A DNA stretch of 64,000 nt from Haliotis rufescens (GCF_023055435.1 NW_025963890.1:25048001-25112000); one strand, 5' to 3'. Numbered from the stretch's first letter, positions 26,040 to 40,559 are shown. Made by a program: numbers and translations. The notes: generated by a model from the letters alone, not told the origin.

Positions 26040-28945
26040 CACATCTAGTATACATAAAAGGGTACACAAAATATAAGCACAGATAAGCACACAGAACAAG
26101 TATACACAAACAAGCACACCACTAGTATACACAAACAAGCACACACAACTAGTATACACAAACAAACACACACAACTGGTTTACACAAACTAGCACATAC
26201 AACTAGTATACACAAACAAGCACACACAACTAGTATAAACCAACAAGCACACACAACTAGTATACACAAACACACACAACTAGTATACACCAACAAGCAC
26301 ACACAACTAGTATACACAAGCACACACAACTAGTATACACAAACACACACAACTAGTATACACCAACAAGCACACACAACTAGTATACACAGACAAGCAC
26401 ACACAACTAGTATACACAAACACACACAACTAGTATACACCAACAAGCACACACAACTAGTAGACACAAACAAGCACACACAACTAGTATACACAAACAC
26501 ACACAACTAGTATACACCAACAAGCACACACAACTAGTATACACACACACACAACTAGTATACACCAACAAGCACACACAACTAGTATACACAAACACAC
26601 ACAACTAGTATACACAAACACACACAACTAGTATACACCAACAAGCACACACAACTAGTATACACACAAAAAGCACACACAACTAGTATACACAAACACA
26701 CACAACTAGTATACACCAACAAGCACACACAACTAGTATACACAGACAAGCACACACAACTAGTATACACAAACACACACAACTAGTATACACAAACAAG
26801 CACAAACAACTAGTATACACAAACACACACAACTAGTATACACCAACAAGCACACACAACTAGTATACACAAACACACACAACTAGTATACACCAACAAG
26901 CACACACAACTAGGATACACAGACAAGCACACACAACTAGGATACACAGACAAGCACACACAACTAGTATACATAAACACACACAACTAGTATACACCAA
27001 CAAGCACACACAACTAGTATACACAGACAAGCACACACAACTAGTATACACAAACACACACAACTAGTATACACCAACAAGCACACACAACTAGTAGACA
27101 CAAACAAGCACACACAACTAGTATACACCAACACGCACACACAACTAGTTACACCAACAAGCACACACAACTAGTATACACCAACAACCACACACAACTA
27201 GTATACACAAACACACACAACTAGTATACACCAACAAGCACACACAACTAGTATACACAGACAAGCACACACAACTAGTATACACAAACACACACAACTA
27301 GTATACACCAACAAGCACACACAACTAGTATACACAAACACACACACAACTAGTATACACAAACGAACACACAACTAGTATACACAAACAACCACACACA
27401 ACTAGTATACACAAACACACACAACTAGTATACACTAACACACACACAACTAGTATACACCAACAAACACACAACTAGTATACACAAACACACACACAAC
27501 TAGTGTACACCAACAAGCACACAACTAGTATACACAAACACACACACAACTAGTATACACAAACACACACAACTAGTATACACAAACAAACACATACAAC
27601 TGGTATACACAAACAAGCACACACAACTAGTATACACAAACAAACACACAACTAGTATACACAAACACACACACAACTAGTATACACAAACACGCACACA
27701 ACTAGTATACACAAACACACACACAACTAGTATACACAAACACACACACAACTAGTATACACCAACAAGCACACAACTAGTATACACAAACAAACTCACA
27801 ACTAGTATACACAAACAAGCTCACACAACTAGTATAGACAAACAAGCACACACAACTAGTATACACAAACAAACACACAACTAGTATACACAAACACACA
27901 CACAACTAGTATACACAAACAAACACACAACTAGTATACACAAACACACACACAACTAGTATACACAAACACACACACAACTAGTATACACCAACAAGCA
28001 CACAACTAGTATACACAAACAAACACACAACTAGTATACACAAACAAGCTCACACAACTAGTATACACAAACAAGCACACACAATTAGTATACACAAACA
28101 AACACGCAACTGGTATACACAAACAAGCTCACACAACTAGTATACACAAACAAGCACACACAACTAGTATACACAAACAAACACACAACTGGTATACACA
28201 AACAAGCTCACACAACTAGTATACACAAACAAGCTCACACAACTAGTATACACAAACAAGCACACACAACTAGTATACACAAAAAAATACACAGAACTAG
28301 TATACACAAAGAAACACATACAACTTTACAAAGAAGCGCACACAACTAGTATTCACAAACAAATACACACAACTAGTATACACAAACAAGCTCACACAAC
28401 TGGTATACACAAACAAGCACACACAACTAGTATACACAAACAAACTCAGACAACTGGTATACACAAACAAGCTCACAGAACTGGTATACACAAACAAGCT
28501 CACACAACTGGTATACACAAACAAGCTCACACAACTAGTATACACAAACAAGCACACACAACTGGTATACACAAACAAGCACACACAAGTAGTATACACA
28601 AACAAACTCAGACAACTGGTATACACAAACAAGCTCACACAACTGGTATACACAAACAAACACACACAACTAGTATACACAAACAAACTCAGACAACTGG
28701 TATACACAAACAAGCACACACAACTGGTATACACAAACAAGCTCACACAACTGGTATACACAAACAAGCTCACACAACTAGTATACACAAACAAACTCAG
28801 ACAACTAGTATACACAAACAAGCTCACAGAACTGGTATACACAAACAAGCACACACAACTAGTATACACAAACAAGCTCACACAACTAGTATACACAAAC
28901 AAGCACACAACTAGTATACACCAAAAAAAACCACACAACTAGTAT
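26040..28945 (+). repeat. About 23-27-bp CA-rich minisatellite (ACTAGTATACACAAACAAGCACACACA)
   Basis: More than 100 variable-length units. Confidence 0.97.
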
Positions 28946-29180
28946 GCACAAATGAAACGTTATATATTTATAACAGTTTCAAAAAACGGGACTGTAATAT
29001 AGTTATGTCCCGAATGGCCGAAATACAAACGTCGATTACTCGAATTTTCTGAAGGAAATAAGTATGAAATATTTTCGGAAACAAAAACCCATTTGGACAC
29101 AACACCTTGATGTGCAATTCACTGTAACATTTGTTACACTGGGAGCATTTACAGATGAACATACATGGATGGGTGAAATA

Positions 29181-30683
29181 TACTCAACACCAAAAGTTCC
29201 TGTGACACCAATATTTTTCAAACAAGTAAAGTTTGATTTTCAATATTGTAGTACATGTATGAAATCAAGTCACAAAAACGCAACTGCTACAGAAAAGCAT
29301 GCATTCAATGCAAAAGTTGACTTTTATGCAAGTCCCATGCATTTCACTACCCAAGAATGGGTATAAAAACATGTGCGTTAACGGGATTCCATATGCGTTG
29401 TTTAGCATCGTGCTGACAACAACCACTCAGAAAAACAACAAAATTACGCAATTAATCAACATTACGAAATGCCGCGCCTGTCAGAAAATGAGCTTCTGAG
29501 AGCCATTGGTATTCTTGAAGCAGGATCGAGTCAACGTCATGTTGCAAGACAAGTTAACGTCCACAGAAACACCATTTGGTGTTTATGGCAACGTTGGCAA
29601 CAGACGAATGCAGTCAGAGATCATCCTCGGAGTGGTAGGCCACGCGTAACCAATAATCGACAAGACAACTGGATTCGAACAACACTCCTACGAAATCGAT
29701 TCCAGCCAGCAACAGTGACTACAAGAAGCATCCCTGGCCTTCGACGAATATCTTCACAAACCGTACGTCGTCGCCTCAGATGTGCAGGGATTGACGCCAG
29801 AAGACCCACCAGACGTCCTATTTTGACAGGAAACAACCGTCAAGCACGTCTAACAGTAGTGCTGACAGCGTCTACGCTGGACGGCCATGCAGTGGGGACA
29901 AGTTCTATTCACTGACGAGTCCCGTTTTCACCTCAGCCACAGCGATGGACGGATTCGAGTGTACCGACGTCGAGGTGAACGTTACGTCAATCATTGTGTC
30001 ATGGAAGAAGATCGGTTCTGTGGCGGCAGCGTTTTGGTATGGGGTGGGATTACAGCAAGACAGAGGACCCATTTGATAGTGGTAGAGGGAAATCTCAATG
30101 GACAGCGCTACCGCGACGAAATCATCGGCCCTGTTGTTCTACAGTTTTTGCGTCGTCATGACCCAGGCATTACCTTTCAACATGACAACGCCCGGTCTCA
30201 TATTGCTCGACTTGTTCAGGATTCTATTCAACAAAACAACGTGAATGTCATCCCCTGGCCGGCTCGCTCCCCCGATCTCTCACCAATCGAGCACATGCGG
30301 GATGATATGGATCGGCGCCTTCGACGTCCACCACGTGTTCCACATACACTCCAGTAACTTCGAAACTAGCTCCAGCAGATATGGGCAGATATCCCACAGA
30401 AATTTGTGCGACGCCTTGTCCATTCCATAAGACGAAGATTTGTTGCTTGTATCGCAACCAGAGGTGGACACACACGCTATTGATTTGTAAATTGACTTTT
30501 AGCACGTTCATGTTTTTTTTTAATGAAATCACGCATTTTCTGAAGTCAGCATGGCAAATTAAACCATTTGAACACTTACATGGTCTTTTTTCTGTTGCAA
30601 ACCGAAATTGTTTCAGATTTGGTAAAAAACATAACTTTGCATTAAATCTTATTCAATGTCACAGGAACTTTTGTTCTTCAGTA
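29181..30683 (+). mobile_element. Tc1 (DD34E) transposon, defective
   Basis: Imperfect TIRs (TACT...CAAAAGTTCCTGTGACA), TA TSD, transposase 29469-30483 (TDESRF, HDNAR, SPDLSPIEH, GGHTRY*) with a frameshift near 29850 and stops. Confidence 0.92.
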
Positions 30684-31374
30684 TACTTCATATAAAACTG
30701 TCAATCTGCCAAGTGTTTTATCAATGTTAAATGTGTTTAATTGTCTGCAGAATTTCTAACACAAGATTACCTAAATCATGTTCGTGGGAATAGTGTTGGC
30801 AGTCAGTGTGGCAGTGCGTCTTCCACGTGAGTGAACACACCTCTCGCAGCAATAGGACATAACTTGTCAGCACAGTCAACTATTTCCAACCATTCCTGGA
30901 GTATTCTTAACGCCTTTTAAATATTGAAATTATGATTTGCCATTTTGAGACAGGGGTAAAAGCATATACTTTCTGACTATAACTATAATTTTTCTTGCCT
31001 ATATGATCACGCAAAACAACCTTTCCACTGCTATTTTTGCACAATTCTGCATGAGCATATCATAGCATACTAGAACATTGTCGTGGCGTGGTGTGGAATA
31101 GAATGAAATAATATCACATGGCATAATAGCACAGCTATAAAATGAATAGCACAGCTTAATTTAAGGTAGAATCTTTAAATGACTGAATTATGCTCAACCA
31201 TAAAAGCCTTGTACAATCTGATTCCTGATTAAAACATATTTCCTCGTACTGGACGGGTTTGTGAAAGACTATTATGTCAAGAACATTTCGTTTTCAGTTT
31301 CGAAACTAAACTAAACATAGTAATTTAATACAGATTTAATGTCATTGCAATCAGATAAAGACTTGATTGTTGCA

Positions 31375-31560
31375 TTAACGCCGCATTCCAGCTGTATGAC
31401 GTCTTCCCGAGGTAGGGGAGTTAACTGACTATAAAAGTCATTACAGTCATTTGACTGGCTTGCTTCGGGAAGATGGCTGTATGACGGCGGTCTGTAAATA
31501 ATTGAGTCTGGATCAGACAATCTAGTGGTTGGCATCCACGCAATTAAGATAAGATGATGA
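31375..31560 (-). mobile_element. SINE-like repeat (CAAA family), fragment
   Basis: Reverse-complement match to 10560-10680. Confidence 0.55.
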
Positions 31561-32164
31561 CATGGTGTAAGCATGTTTTTGTTTTTGTAAGCATTAAATA
31601 CATAAAATTGCAGCGAAAATGTTCCGACCCTGTAGTGAAAAGTTCCAGTTCTCGGGACAAATGTTTGTGTGTGTTTATGAGCGACGTTTCTGTATATTGT
31701 TAATGTGCAACATGAAAAAACAGGGAAAGTAAGACATACAATCGCAACATGAAACGAATCCCGATTGTTCATTAAAGATTTTGATCTGAAATCTGAAAAC
31801 ATGTAATTATGACAGAAACTGTTAGAATGCAGAGCCCAAAACGCAACTGAAGTACTGCTGCAAGAATTCCAAGAAATGACTGTGTTGGTGTCAAAAAATT
31901 AAACAAACAGACAGTCGCTAGTAAATACTACGGCTTTCAGGATGAAGTATCCTGAAGACTTAATAGAAAATGAGAAAATGTGATTTTTGTTTACCATGGA
32001 ATATGTATAAAAACATTTTTTTAAATAAAAATGTGTTTTATTTCAAATATGTTAATGGAAATATCATCAAATAGGAACTGACACACATAGAGCATTTGCA
32101 AGTATTTATTCCATGCTAAAAAGTCAGGTATCCTTTCTCTCCCCCCCTCTCCCCTCCGAAAAAA

Positions 32165-34990
32165 ACAGACGGAATGGCTAGACAGTGTAGTTGATAAAAC
32201 TGGACATGGCGAGTACAGGCGGGACAACAGACGGAATGGCGAGACAGTGTAGTTGATAAGACTGGACATGGTGAGTACAGGCGGGACAACAGACGGAATG
32301 GCTAGACTGTGTAGCTGATAAGACTGGACATGGTGAGTACAGGCGGGACAACAGCCGGAATGGCTAGACAGTGTAAGTGATAAAACTGGACATGGTGAGT
32401 ACAGGCGGGACAACAGCCGGAATGGCTAGACAGTGTAGGTGATAAAACTGGACATGGTGAGTACAGGCGGGACAACAGTCGGAATGGCTAGACAGTGGAG
32501 CTGATAAAACTGGACATCGTGAGTACAGGCGGGACAACAGACGGAATGGCTAGACAGTGTAGGTGATAAAACTGGACATGGTGAGTACAGGCGGGACAAA
32601 AGACGGAATGGCGAGACAGTGTAGGTGATAAAACTGGACATGGTGAGTACAGGCGGGACAAAAGACGGAATGGCGAGACAGTGTAGGTGATAAAACTGGA
32701 CATGATGAGTACAGGCGGGACAAAAGACGGAATGGCGAGACAGTGTAGGTGATAAAACTGGACATGGTGAGTACAGGCGGGACAAAAGACGGAATGGCGA
32801 GACAGTGTAGGTGATAAAACTGGACATGGTGAGTACAGGCGGGACAACAGACGGAATGGCTAGACAGTGTAGTTGATAAAACTGGACATGGTGAGTACAG
32901 GCGGGACAACAGAAGGAATTGCTAGACAGTGTAGGTGATAAAACTGGACATGGTGAGTACAGGCGGGACAACAGACGGAATGGCTAGACAGTGTAGTTGA
33001 TAAAACTGGACATGATGAGTACAGGCGGGACAACAGACGGAATGGCTAGACAGTGTAGTTGATAAAACTGGTAACATGGTGAGTACAGGCGGGACAAAAG
33101 AAGGAATTGCTAGACAGTGTAGGTGATAAAACTGGACATGGTGAGTACAGGCGGGACAAAACACGGAATGGCGAGACAGTGGAGGTGATAAAACTGGACA
33201 TGGTGAGTACAGGCGGGACAAAAGAATGAATTGCTAGACTGTGTAGCTGATAAAACTGGACATGGTGAGTACAGGCGGGACAAAAGAAGGAATTGCTAGA
33301 CTGTGTAGCTGATAAGACTGGACATGGTGAGTACAGGCGGGACAACAGACGGAATGGCTAGACAGTGTTGGTGATAAAACTGGACATGGTGAGTACAGGC
33401 GGGACAGCAGACGGAATGGCTAGACAGTGTAGCTGATAAGACTGGACATGGTGAGTACAGGCGGGACAACAGCCGGAATGGCTAGACAGTGTAGGTGATA
33501 AAACTGGACATGGTGAGTACAGGCGGGACAACAGCCGGAATGGCTAGACAGTGTAGTTGATAAAACTGGACATGGTGAGTACAGGCGGGACAACAGCCGG
33601 AATGGCTAGACAGTGTAGGTGATAAAACTGGACATGGTGAGTACAGGCGGGACAACAGCCGGAATGGCTAGACAGTGTAGGTGATAAAACTGGACATGGT
33701 GAGTACAGGCGGGACAACAGAAGGAATGGCGAGACAGTGTAGGTGATAAAACTGGACATGGTGAGTACAGGCGGGACAAAAGACGGAATGGCTAGACAGT
33801 GTAGTTGATAAAACTGGACATGGTGAGTACAGGCGGGACAACAGCCGGAATGGCTAGACAGTGTAGGTGATAAAACTGGACATGGTGAGTACAGGCGGGA
33901 CAACAGAAGGAATGGCTAGACAGTGTAGCTGATAAGACTGGTCATGGTGAGTACGGGCGGGACAACAGACGGAATGGCTAGACAGTGTAGTTGATAAAAC
34001 TTGACATGGTGAGTACAGGCGGGACAACAGCCGGAATGGCTAGACAGTGTAGTTGATAAAACTGGACATGGTGAGTACAGGCGGGACAAAAGAAGGAATG
34101 GCTAGACTGTGTAGGTGATAAAACTGGACATGGTGAGTACAGGCGGGACAAAAGAAGGAATTGCTAGACAGTGTAGTTGATAAAACTGGACATGGTGAGT
34201 ACAGGCGGGACAAAAGACGGAATGGCGAGACAGTGGAGGTGATAAAACTGGACATGGTGAGTACAGGCGGGACAAAAGAAGGAATTGCTAGACTGTGTAG
34301 CTGATAAGACTGGACATCGTGAGTACAGGCGGGACAACAGACGGAATGGCTAGACAGTGTAGGTGATAAAACTGGACATGGTGAGTACAGGCGGGACAAC
34401 AGACGGAATGGCTAGACTGTGTAGGTGATAAGACTGGACATGGTGAGTACAGGCGGGACAACAGCCGGAATGGCTAGACAGTGTAAGTGATAAAACTGGA
34501 CATGGTGAGTACAGGCGGGACAACAGACGGAATGGCTAGACAGTGTAGGTGATAAAACTGGACATGGTGAGTACAGGCGGGACAACAGTCGGAATGGCTA
34601 GACAGTGGAGCTGATAAAACTGGACATCGTGAGTACAGGCGGGACAACAGACGGAATGGCTAGACAGTGTAGGTGATAAAACTGGACATGGTGAGTACAG
34701 GCGGGACAAAAGACGGAATGGCGAGACAGTGTAGGTGATAAAACTGGACATGGTGAGTACAGGCGGGACAAAAGACGGAATGGCGAGACAGTGTAGGTGA
34801 TAAAACTGGACATGGTGAGTACTGGCGGGACAACAGACGGAATGGCTAGACAGTGTAGGTAATAAAACATGGTAGTGGGTGATAAAACTGGACATGGTGA
34901 GTACGGGCGGGACAACAGACGGAATGGCTAGACAGTGTAGGTGATAAAACTGGACATGGTGAGTACAGGCGGGACAACAGAAGGAATGGC
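32165..34990 (+). repeat. 62-bp satellite (exon-2 end plus donor unit), about 45 copies
   Basis: GCGGGACAACAGACGGAATGGCTAGACAGTGTAGGTGATAAAACTGGACATGGTGAGTACAG; same unit as 52724-54940. Confidence 0.97.
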
Positions 34991-35140
34991 TTCAATTTTT
35001 TCTTAGGAGGTTCGAAACTCTTAACATGTTCTGAAAATGTTTGGTTCCTTCTTTCAGAGAAACAAAATGTATTTCTTGAACCGCTGACTGAAAATGTTTT
35101 CTTTCTAAAACATGTCAGGCTACATTTCTTATTCACTCAG

Positions 35141-35263
35141 GTCGCCCTAAATGTCTGCTGACTCTGGTCAACCCAATCGGGGGACAGAAGAAAGGAGCCA
35201 AGCTGTACGAGACTATTGTAGAACCACTGTTTGCACTGGCGGGGATTGACGCGAAGCGTATAA
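35141..35263 (+). CDS. CERK-like A, exon equivalent to exon 3
   Basis: GRPKCLLTLVNPIGGQKKGAKLYETIVEPLFALAGIDAKRI; AG/GT. Confidence 0.8.
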
Positions 35264-35604
35264 GTAGGTGTTACTTAGTGAAAGTAAGGTCAACTGTTGG
35301 TCCATGGACATGTTAGTCGAGTAAGTCAACGTAGTACCCGTGCAGTATGCAGGTAGTCAAGCAGTTGCAAGCGGACAATGGGAGAACACGCTGGGAATGC
35401 CTGCCTCAGCGGTGATAGTACAACGGAATACAGGAAGGGAACACGTTTGGGCATTGGTACAAATTAGTGTTTAAAATTGGAATATGTTTCAATAAGTGTC
35501 ATGGAGTGTTTAGAGTAGGCGTTAATGATACGTTTCCCTCATTAACGATGAACATCTGAAATACATGAACAAGATATAAACATGAAATACTGTTTACATT
35601 TCAG

Positions 35605-35668
35605 TCACAGAGAGATTCCGTCACGCAGAAGAGATCGCTGAGACATATGACTTCACTGATGTGGACGG
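35605..35668 (+). CDS. CERK-like A exon 4
   Basis: ITERFRHAEEIAETYDFTDVDG; 64 nt as in paralog B. Confidence 0.8.
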
Positions 35669-36564
35669 GTAACTACGAGTCACATTACTTAAGAAATAGA
35701 TTTGGTCGTTCCCGCATATTCTCACACGTTTCACGTCGATTGTCTGTACCTATTCTCCCAATACCGATTGTTATACCTCGCCTACCTTTGGGTGCGATCG
35801 CGCGGTCATTGCGTTCATCTGCGCTGTCCAGCTACATCTATGGGTAACAACTCACTGGACACTTCCCTCTCAAACATATCGTTGTCATATTTACGTCATC
35901 AAGTTGCGACCGCATGTTCGAATCTCCAGAAATTACGCCATGATAGAACGATGTTTTATCGTGAAATACACCACGCTTCGCTCTTCATTGTTCTTTGCGA
36001 TTTCACACAGCACATGCTATTGTAGTAAAAACATTAGTGCCAAAATAAACAATAGTGTATACATATCTAAAAAACCTTCCAGTAAGTAGGTGAGCCTAAC
36101 CAGGCGCATGCGTGGTAACTATTTTACACAAAAGGGAAAATTGGCAGAACCTGCGATTTATTATAACCCACGTGTCTCAATCTAAAATACATGCGGTGAT
36201 TGGCAACACGTGAATATCGGTATGCATTCCATTATGTTGTAACAAATAACATTGTTAAAAGTTTCAAGTCATTATCAAAAAAGCGACATAGTCCTTCCAA
36301 ATCCGATCCCACATGATGTAAGTTTTCTGTTTGAGAACTTCAGTCTCGGCCTGGCGTCTGGGGTTTCTGACATCCATGACACGCTTCGATGATGTTGCTG
36401 GTCTATTTACATGTTCATTCCAGTCTAACAAGGCCATATTCTTCCAAAAACGTTGAAACATCGTCACACAAGTTTTGTTTTGTTGGGATACTGCAACAGT
36501 AAATTGATGAAAACCTCAACAAAAAGCGTGTCTATAAAGCAGACATCGAATCGGGAAATTTAGA

Positions 36565-38683
36565 AATATGTAACCCATAGCGGGTAGTGGTGGCACGTTG
36601 TCCTGTGTACAGCGCACTGGTCACAAATATGTAACCCATAGCGGGTAGTGGTGGCACGTTGTCCTGTGTACAGCGCACTGGTCACAAATATGTAACCCTT
36701 AGCGGGTAGTGGTGGCACGTTGTCCTGTGTACAGCGCACTGGTCACAAATATGTAACCCTTAGCGGGTAGTGGTGGCACGTTGTCCTGTGTACAGCGCAC
36801 TGGTCACAAATATGTAACCCATAGCGGGTAGTGGTGGCACGTTGTCCTGTGTACAGTGCACTGGTCACAAATATGTAACCCTTAGCGGGTAGTGGTGGCA
36901 CGTTGTCCTGTGTACAGCGCACTGGTCACAAATATGTAACCCTTAGCGGGTAGTGGTGGCACGCTGCCCTGTGTACAGCGCACTGGTCACAAATATGTAA
37001 CCCTTAGTGGGTAGTGGTGGCACGTTGTCCTGTGTACAGTGCACTGGTCACAAATATGTAACCCATAGCGGGTAGTGGTGGCACCTGGTCCTGTGTACAG
37101 CGCACTGGTCACAAATATGTAACCCATAGCGGGTAGTGGTGGCACGTTGTCCTGTGTACAGCGCACTGGTCACAAATATGTAACCCTTAGTGGGTAGTGG
37201 TGGCACGTTGTCCTGTGTACAGTGCACTGGTCACAAATATGTAACCCATAGCGGGCAGTGGTGGCACCTGGTCCTGTGTACAGCGCACTGGTCACAAATA
37301 TGTAACCCATAGCGGAGAGTGGTGTCACCTGGTCCTGTGTACAGCGCACTGGTCACAAATATGTAACCCATAGCGGGTAGTGGTGGCACGTTGTCCTGTG
37401 TACAGCGCACTGGTCACAAATATGTAACCCATAGCGGGTAGTGGTGGCACGTTGTCCTGTGTACAGCGCACTGGTCACAAATATGTAACCCATAGCGGGT
37501 AGTGGTGGCACCTGGTCCTGTGTACAGCGCACTGCTCACAAATATGTAACCCATAGCGGGTAGTGGTGGCACCTGGTCCTGTGTACAGCGCACTGGTCAC
37601 AAATATGTAACCCATAGCGGGTAGTGGTGGCACCTGGTCCTGTGTACAGCGCACTGGTCACAAATATGTAACCCATGGCGGGTAGTGGTGGCACCTGGTC
37701 CTGTGTACAGCGCACTGGTCACAAATATGTAACCCATAGCGGGTAGTGGTGGCACCTGGTCCTGTGTACAGCGCACTGCTCACAAATATGTAACCCATAG
37801 CGGGTAGTGGTGGCACCTGGTCCTGTGTACAGCGCACTGGTCACAAATATGTAACCCATAGCGGGTAGTGGTGGCACCTGGTCCTGTGTACAGCGCACTG
37901 GTCACAAATATGTAACCCATAGCGGGTAGTGGTGGCACCTGGTCCTGTGTACAGCGCACTGGTCACAAATATGTAACCCATAGCGGGTAGTGGTGGCACC
38001 TGGTCCTGTGTACAGCGCACTGGTCACAAATATGTAACCCATAGCGGGTAGTGGTGGCACCTGGTCCTGTGTACAGCGCACTGGTCACAAATATGTAACC
38101 CATAGCGGGTAGTGGTGGCACCTGGTCCTGTGTACAGCGCACTGGTCACAAATATGTAACCCATAGCGGGTAGTGGTGGCACCTGGTCCTGTGTACAGCG
38201 CACTGGTCACAAATATGTAACCCTTAGCGGGTAGTGGTGGCACCTGGTCCTGTGTACAGCGCACTGGTCACAAATATGTAACCCATAGCCGGTAGTGGTG
38301 GCACCTGGTCCTGTGTACAGCGCACTGGTCACAAATATGTAACCCATAGCGGGTAGCGGTGGCACCTGGTCCTGTGTACAGCGCACTGGTCACAAATATG
38401 TAACCCATAGCGGGTAGTGGTGGCACCTGGTCCTGTGTACAGCGCACTGGTCACAAATATGTAACCCTTAGCGGGTAGTGGTGGCACCTGGTCCTGTGTA
38501 CAGCGCACTGGTCACAAATATGTAACCCATAGCGGGTAGTGCTGGCACCTGGTCCTGTGTACAGCGCACTGGTCACAAATATGTAACCCATAGCGGGTAG
38601 TGGTGGCACCTGGTCCTGTGTACAGCGCACTGGTCACAAATATGTAACCCATAGCGGGTAGTGGTGGCACCTGGTCCTGTGTA
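36565..38683 (+). repeat. 61-bp satellite, about 35 copies
   Basis: AAATATGTAACCCATAGCGGGTAGTGGTGGCACCTGGTCCTGTGTACAGCGCACTGGTCAC. Confidence 0.97.
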
Positions 38684-39025
38684 CGGTCTCGGAGAGTACT
38701 TGCATGGGTGACCGCGTTCAGCAGCTTGACTCCTGAGAATTTCTAGGGCTTCGGTCCTGCCCAACACTGAAGAACATGTTCCACATGTGGCAAGTGACTT
38801 TGTTCGAAATTTGCCTCTGTTCAACCAGCAGTGAGTGGATACCCGGTAGAATGAGATGGTAATGTGGCTGTGAACCGTCTAGCGCCCCGCGGGCAGATTG
38901 ACTTGTATACTCCTCAGGGAGATGAGAATCAAAATCAAGTGCACACTGATCCATTTACCGGGGTTAAAATAGTGTAGCGCTATAAGTATCCAGTTGGTGG
39001 TTAGAATCTGGCACATTATAAATAC
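38684..39025 (+). mobile_element. 5S rRNA-derived SINE (SINE3-like), 5'-truncated
   Basis: CGGAGAGTACTTGCATGGGTGACCG corresponds to the 5S IE/C-box region; body is shared with 41144-41407. Confidence 0.55.
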
Positions 39026-39196
39026 ACTTTTTAATGTAAAATGTCTTGGTAATTAATGAACAATACATAAGATTGTAACAAACTTTTCCCACGGTAAAAT
39101 CATCTTTCATGTAATCCAAATTCTATCGGTTTCTAATGTCAACTAAGAGCATGCTACAAAAGCCATTCGAAGTTTCTTCAAAACTCGGGATGTGAT

Positions 39197-39465
39197 TGTG
39201 ATGCCGCAGTGCAGGACGTGTCGTGAAGCATTGTGCACTTTGTGATGCCGCAGTGCAGGACGTGTCGTGAAGCATTGTGCACTTTGTGATGCCGCAGTGC
39301 AGGACGTGTCGTGAAGCATTGTGCACTTTGTGATGCCGCAGTGCAGGACGTGTCGTGAAGCATTGTGCACTTTGTGATGCCGCAGTGCAGGACGTGTCGT
39401 GAAGCATTGTGCACTTTGTGATGCCGCAGTGCAGGACGTGTCGTGAAGCATTGTGCACTTTGTGG
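39197..39465 (+). repeat. 44-bp tandem repeat x6
   Basis: TGTGATGCCGCAGTGCAGGACGTGTCGTGAAGCATTGTGCACTT. Confidence 0.95.
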
Positions 39466-39783
39466 TGAAAAACATGAAACTTGGTACAGCTGTAGGTAAT
39501 ACCATTCCAAATATTTCAAGATTTGGTGCACAACCTAACTATATAACGAAAAAAGAACATTTTGAGATGTATTTTCCCAACACTGCATATGAACATCATT
39601 GTATCATAATAATTATCTTGATTTAGAGAATCTAAAGTGTGAAACAAATATGCATTTCTTTCCTTTTCGGTATATCTTTGTTATTTTCTTAATTATAGCC
39701 ATTTAACTATACCCATGATTAGGCTATGTTTGCAATCCTAATCCAGCTTACGGACGGTGATGGTGTGAACACTTCTCGCACAG

Positions 39784-39923
39784 GCTCATCGTGTCCGGCG
39801 GGGACGGGTTGATGCAGGAGGTCATCCACGGACTAATCCCCCGGTTTAATAAAAGAGTCAACTTCAATGACCCTGATGTTGAACTGAAACCTCTACCCAT
39901 CACACTCGGCGCTCTGCCCACAG
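39784..39923 (+). CDS. CERK-like A exon 5 (GGDG motif)
   Basis: LIVSGGDGLMQEVIHGLIPRF...LGALPTG. Confidence 0.85.
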
Positions 39924-40043
39924 GTAGGAAAGTGAGACATCTGTATCCTGATATGTACTTTATATACTGATTATGAAACATATAATAACGGCATGGAGTG
40001 GGATATACAAGCAATGCGACTACATGGTGTTATTCTACTTCAG

Positions 40044-40118
40044 GCACGGGTAACGGAATCTGTATGGCATGTCACGGATGCACGGACCTGGAGACTGCAA
40101 CTTTGGCGGTTGTTAGAG
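40044..40118 (+). CDS. CERK-like A exon 6
   Basis: GTGNGICMACHGCTDLETATLAVVRG. Confidence 0.85.
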
Positions 40119-40230
40119 GTGAGACGGCTTGTGTCTCGCTTACTCCAGTAAGAACTATCGATCACATAAATATAAGTATATTATTATTGTATTTATTGTG
40201 GTTTTGCTAGTCTTTGCTTGACGTTTTCAG

Positions 40231-40380
40231 GCGAGAAACACTGTCTGAACATTGTCAGCATCCACGGATCTCCCGGCCCTTTGGTAGGATATGCAGTGTT
40301 TGCCTCAGGGTATGGTTTCTGGGCTGATCTGTTCCGGAACGCTGATGACCATCGGTGGCTCAAGACATACCGTTACCTAG
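40231..40380 (+). CDS. CERK-like A exon 7
   Basis: EKHCLNIVSIHGSPGPLVGYAVFASGYGFWADLFRNADDHRWLKTYRYL. Confidence 0.85.
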
Positions 40381-40559
40381 GTGGGCGTTAGCAACTCATA
40401 TATACAGCGTAATAACGCCTGTATTTCTGGGAATTTCTTCTTTCTAAAAATAAACAAGAAACAAATACAAAATACAACTCAATCAATCATCACCAAAATT
40501 TATTGCATGCGTTACTCGCCGTTATTACTTCAGTACTGCAGTTACCTTCTGTATTTCAG

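Noticed and set aside
25822-28938. Hydrophobic VYTSCVCL-repeat ORFs
   Set aside because: Translations of a CA-rich minisatellite.
19450-32160. Missing exons 1-2 of CERK-like paralog A (for example the ATG at 21457)
   Set aside because: No segment resembled paralog B exons 1-2 by eye; a TBLASTN is needed to exclude a diverged copy.
36264-36467. Possible transposase C-terminal remnant (MALLDWNEHVNR...KTY)
   Set aside because: Too short, and no convincing TIR or TSD was found, so it is not called as a feature.
32165-38683. Regular 61-62-bp arrays as CRISPR-like loci
   Set aside because: No unique spacers, no cas genes, and a eukaryotic intronic context; these are plain tandem repeats.
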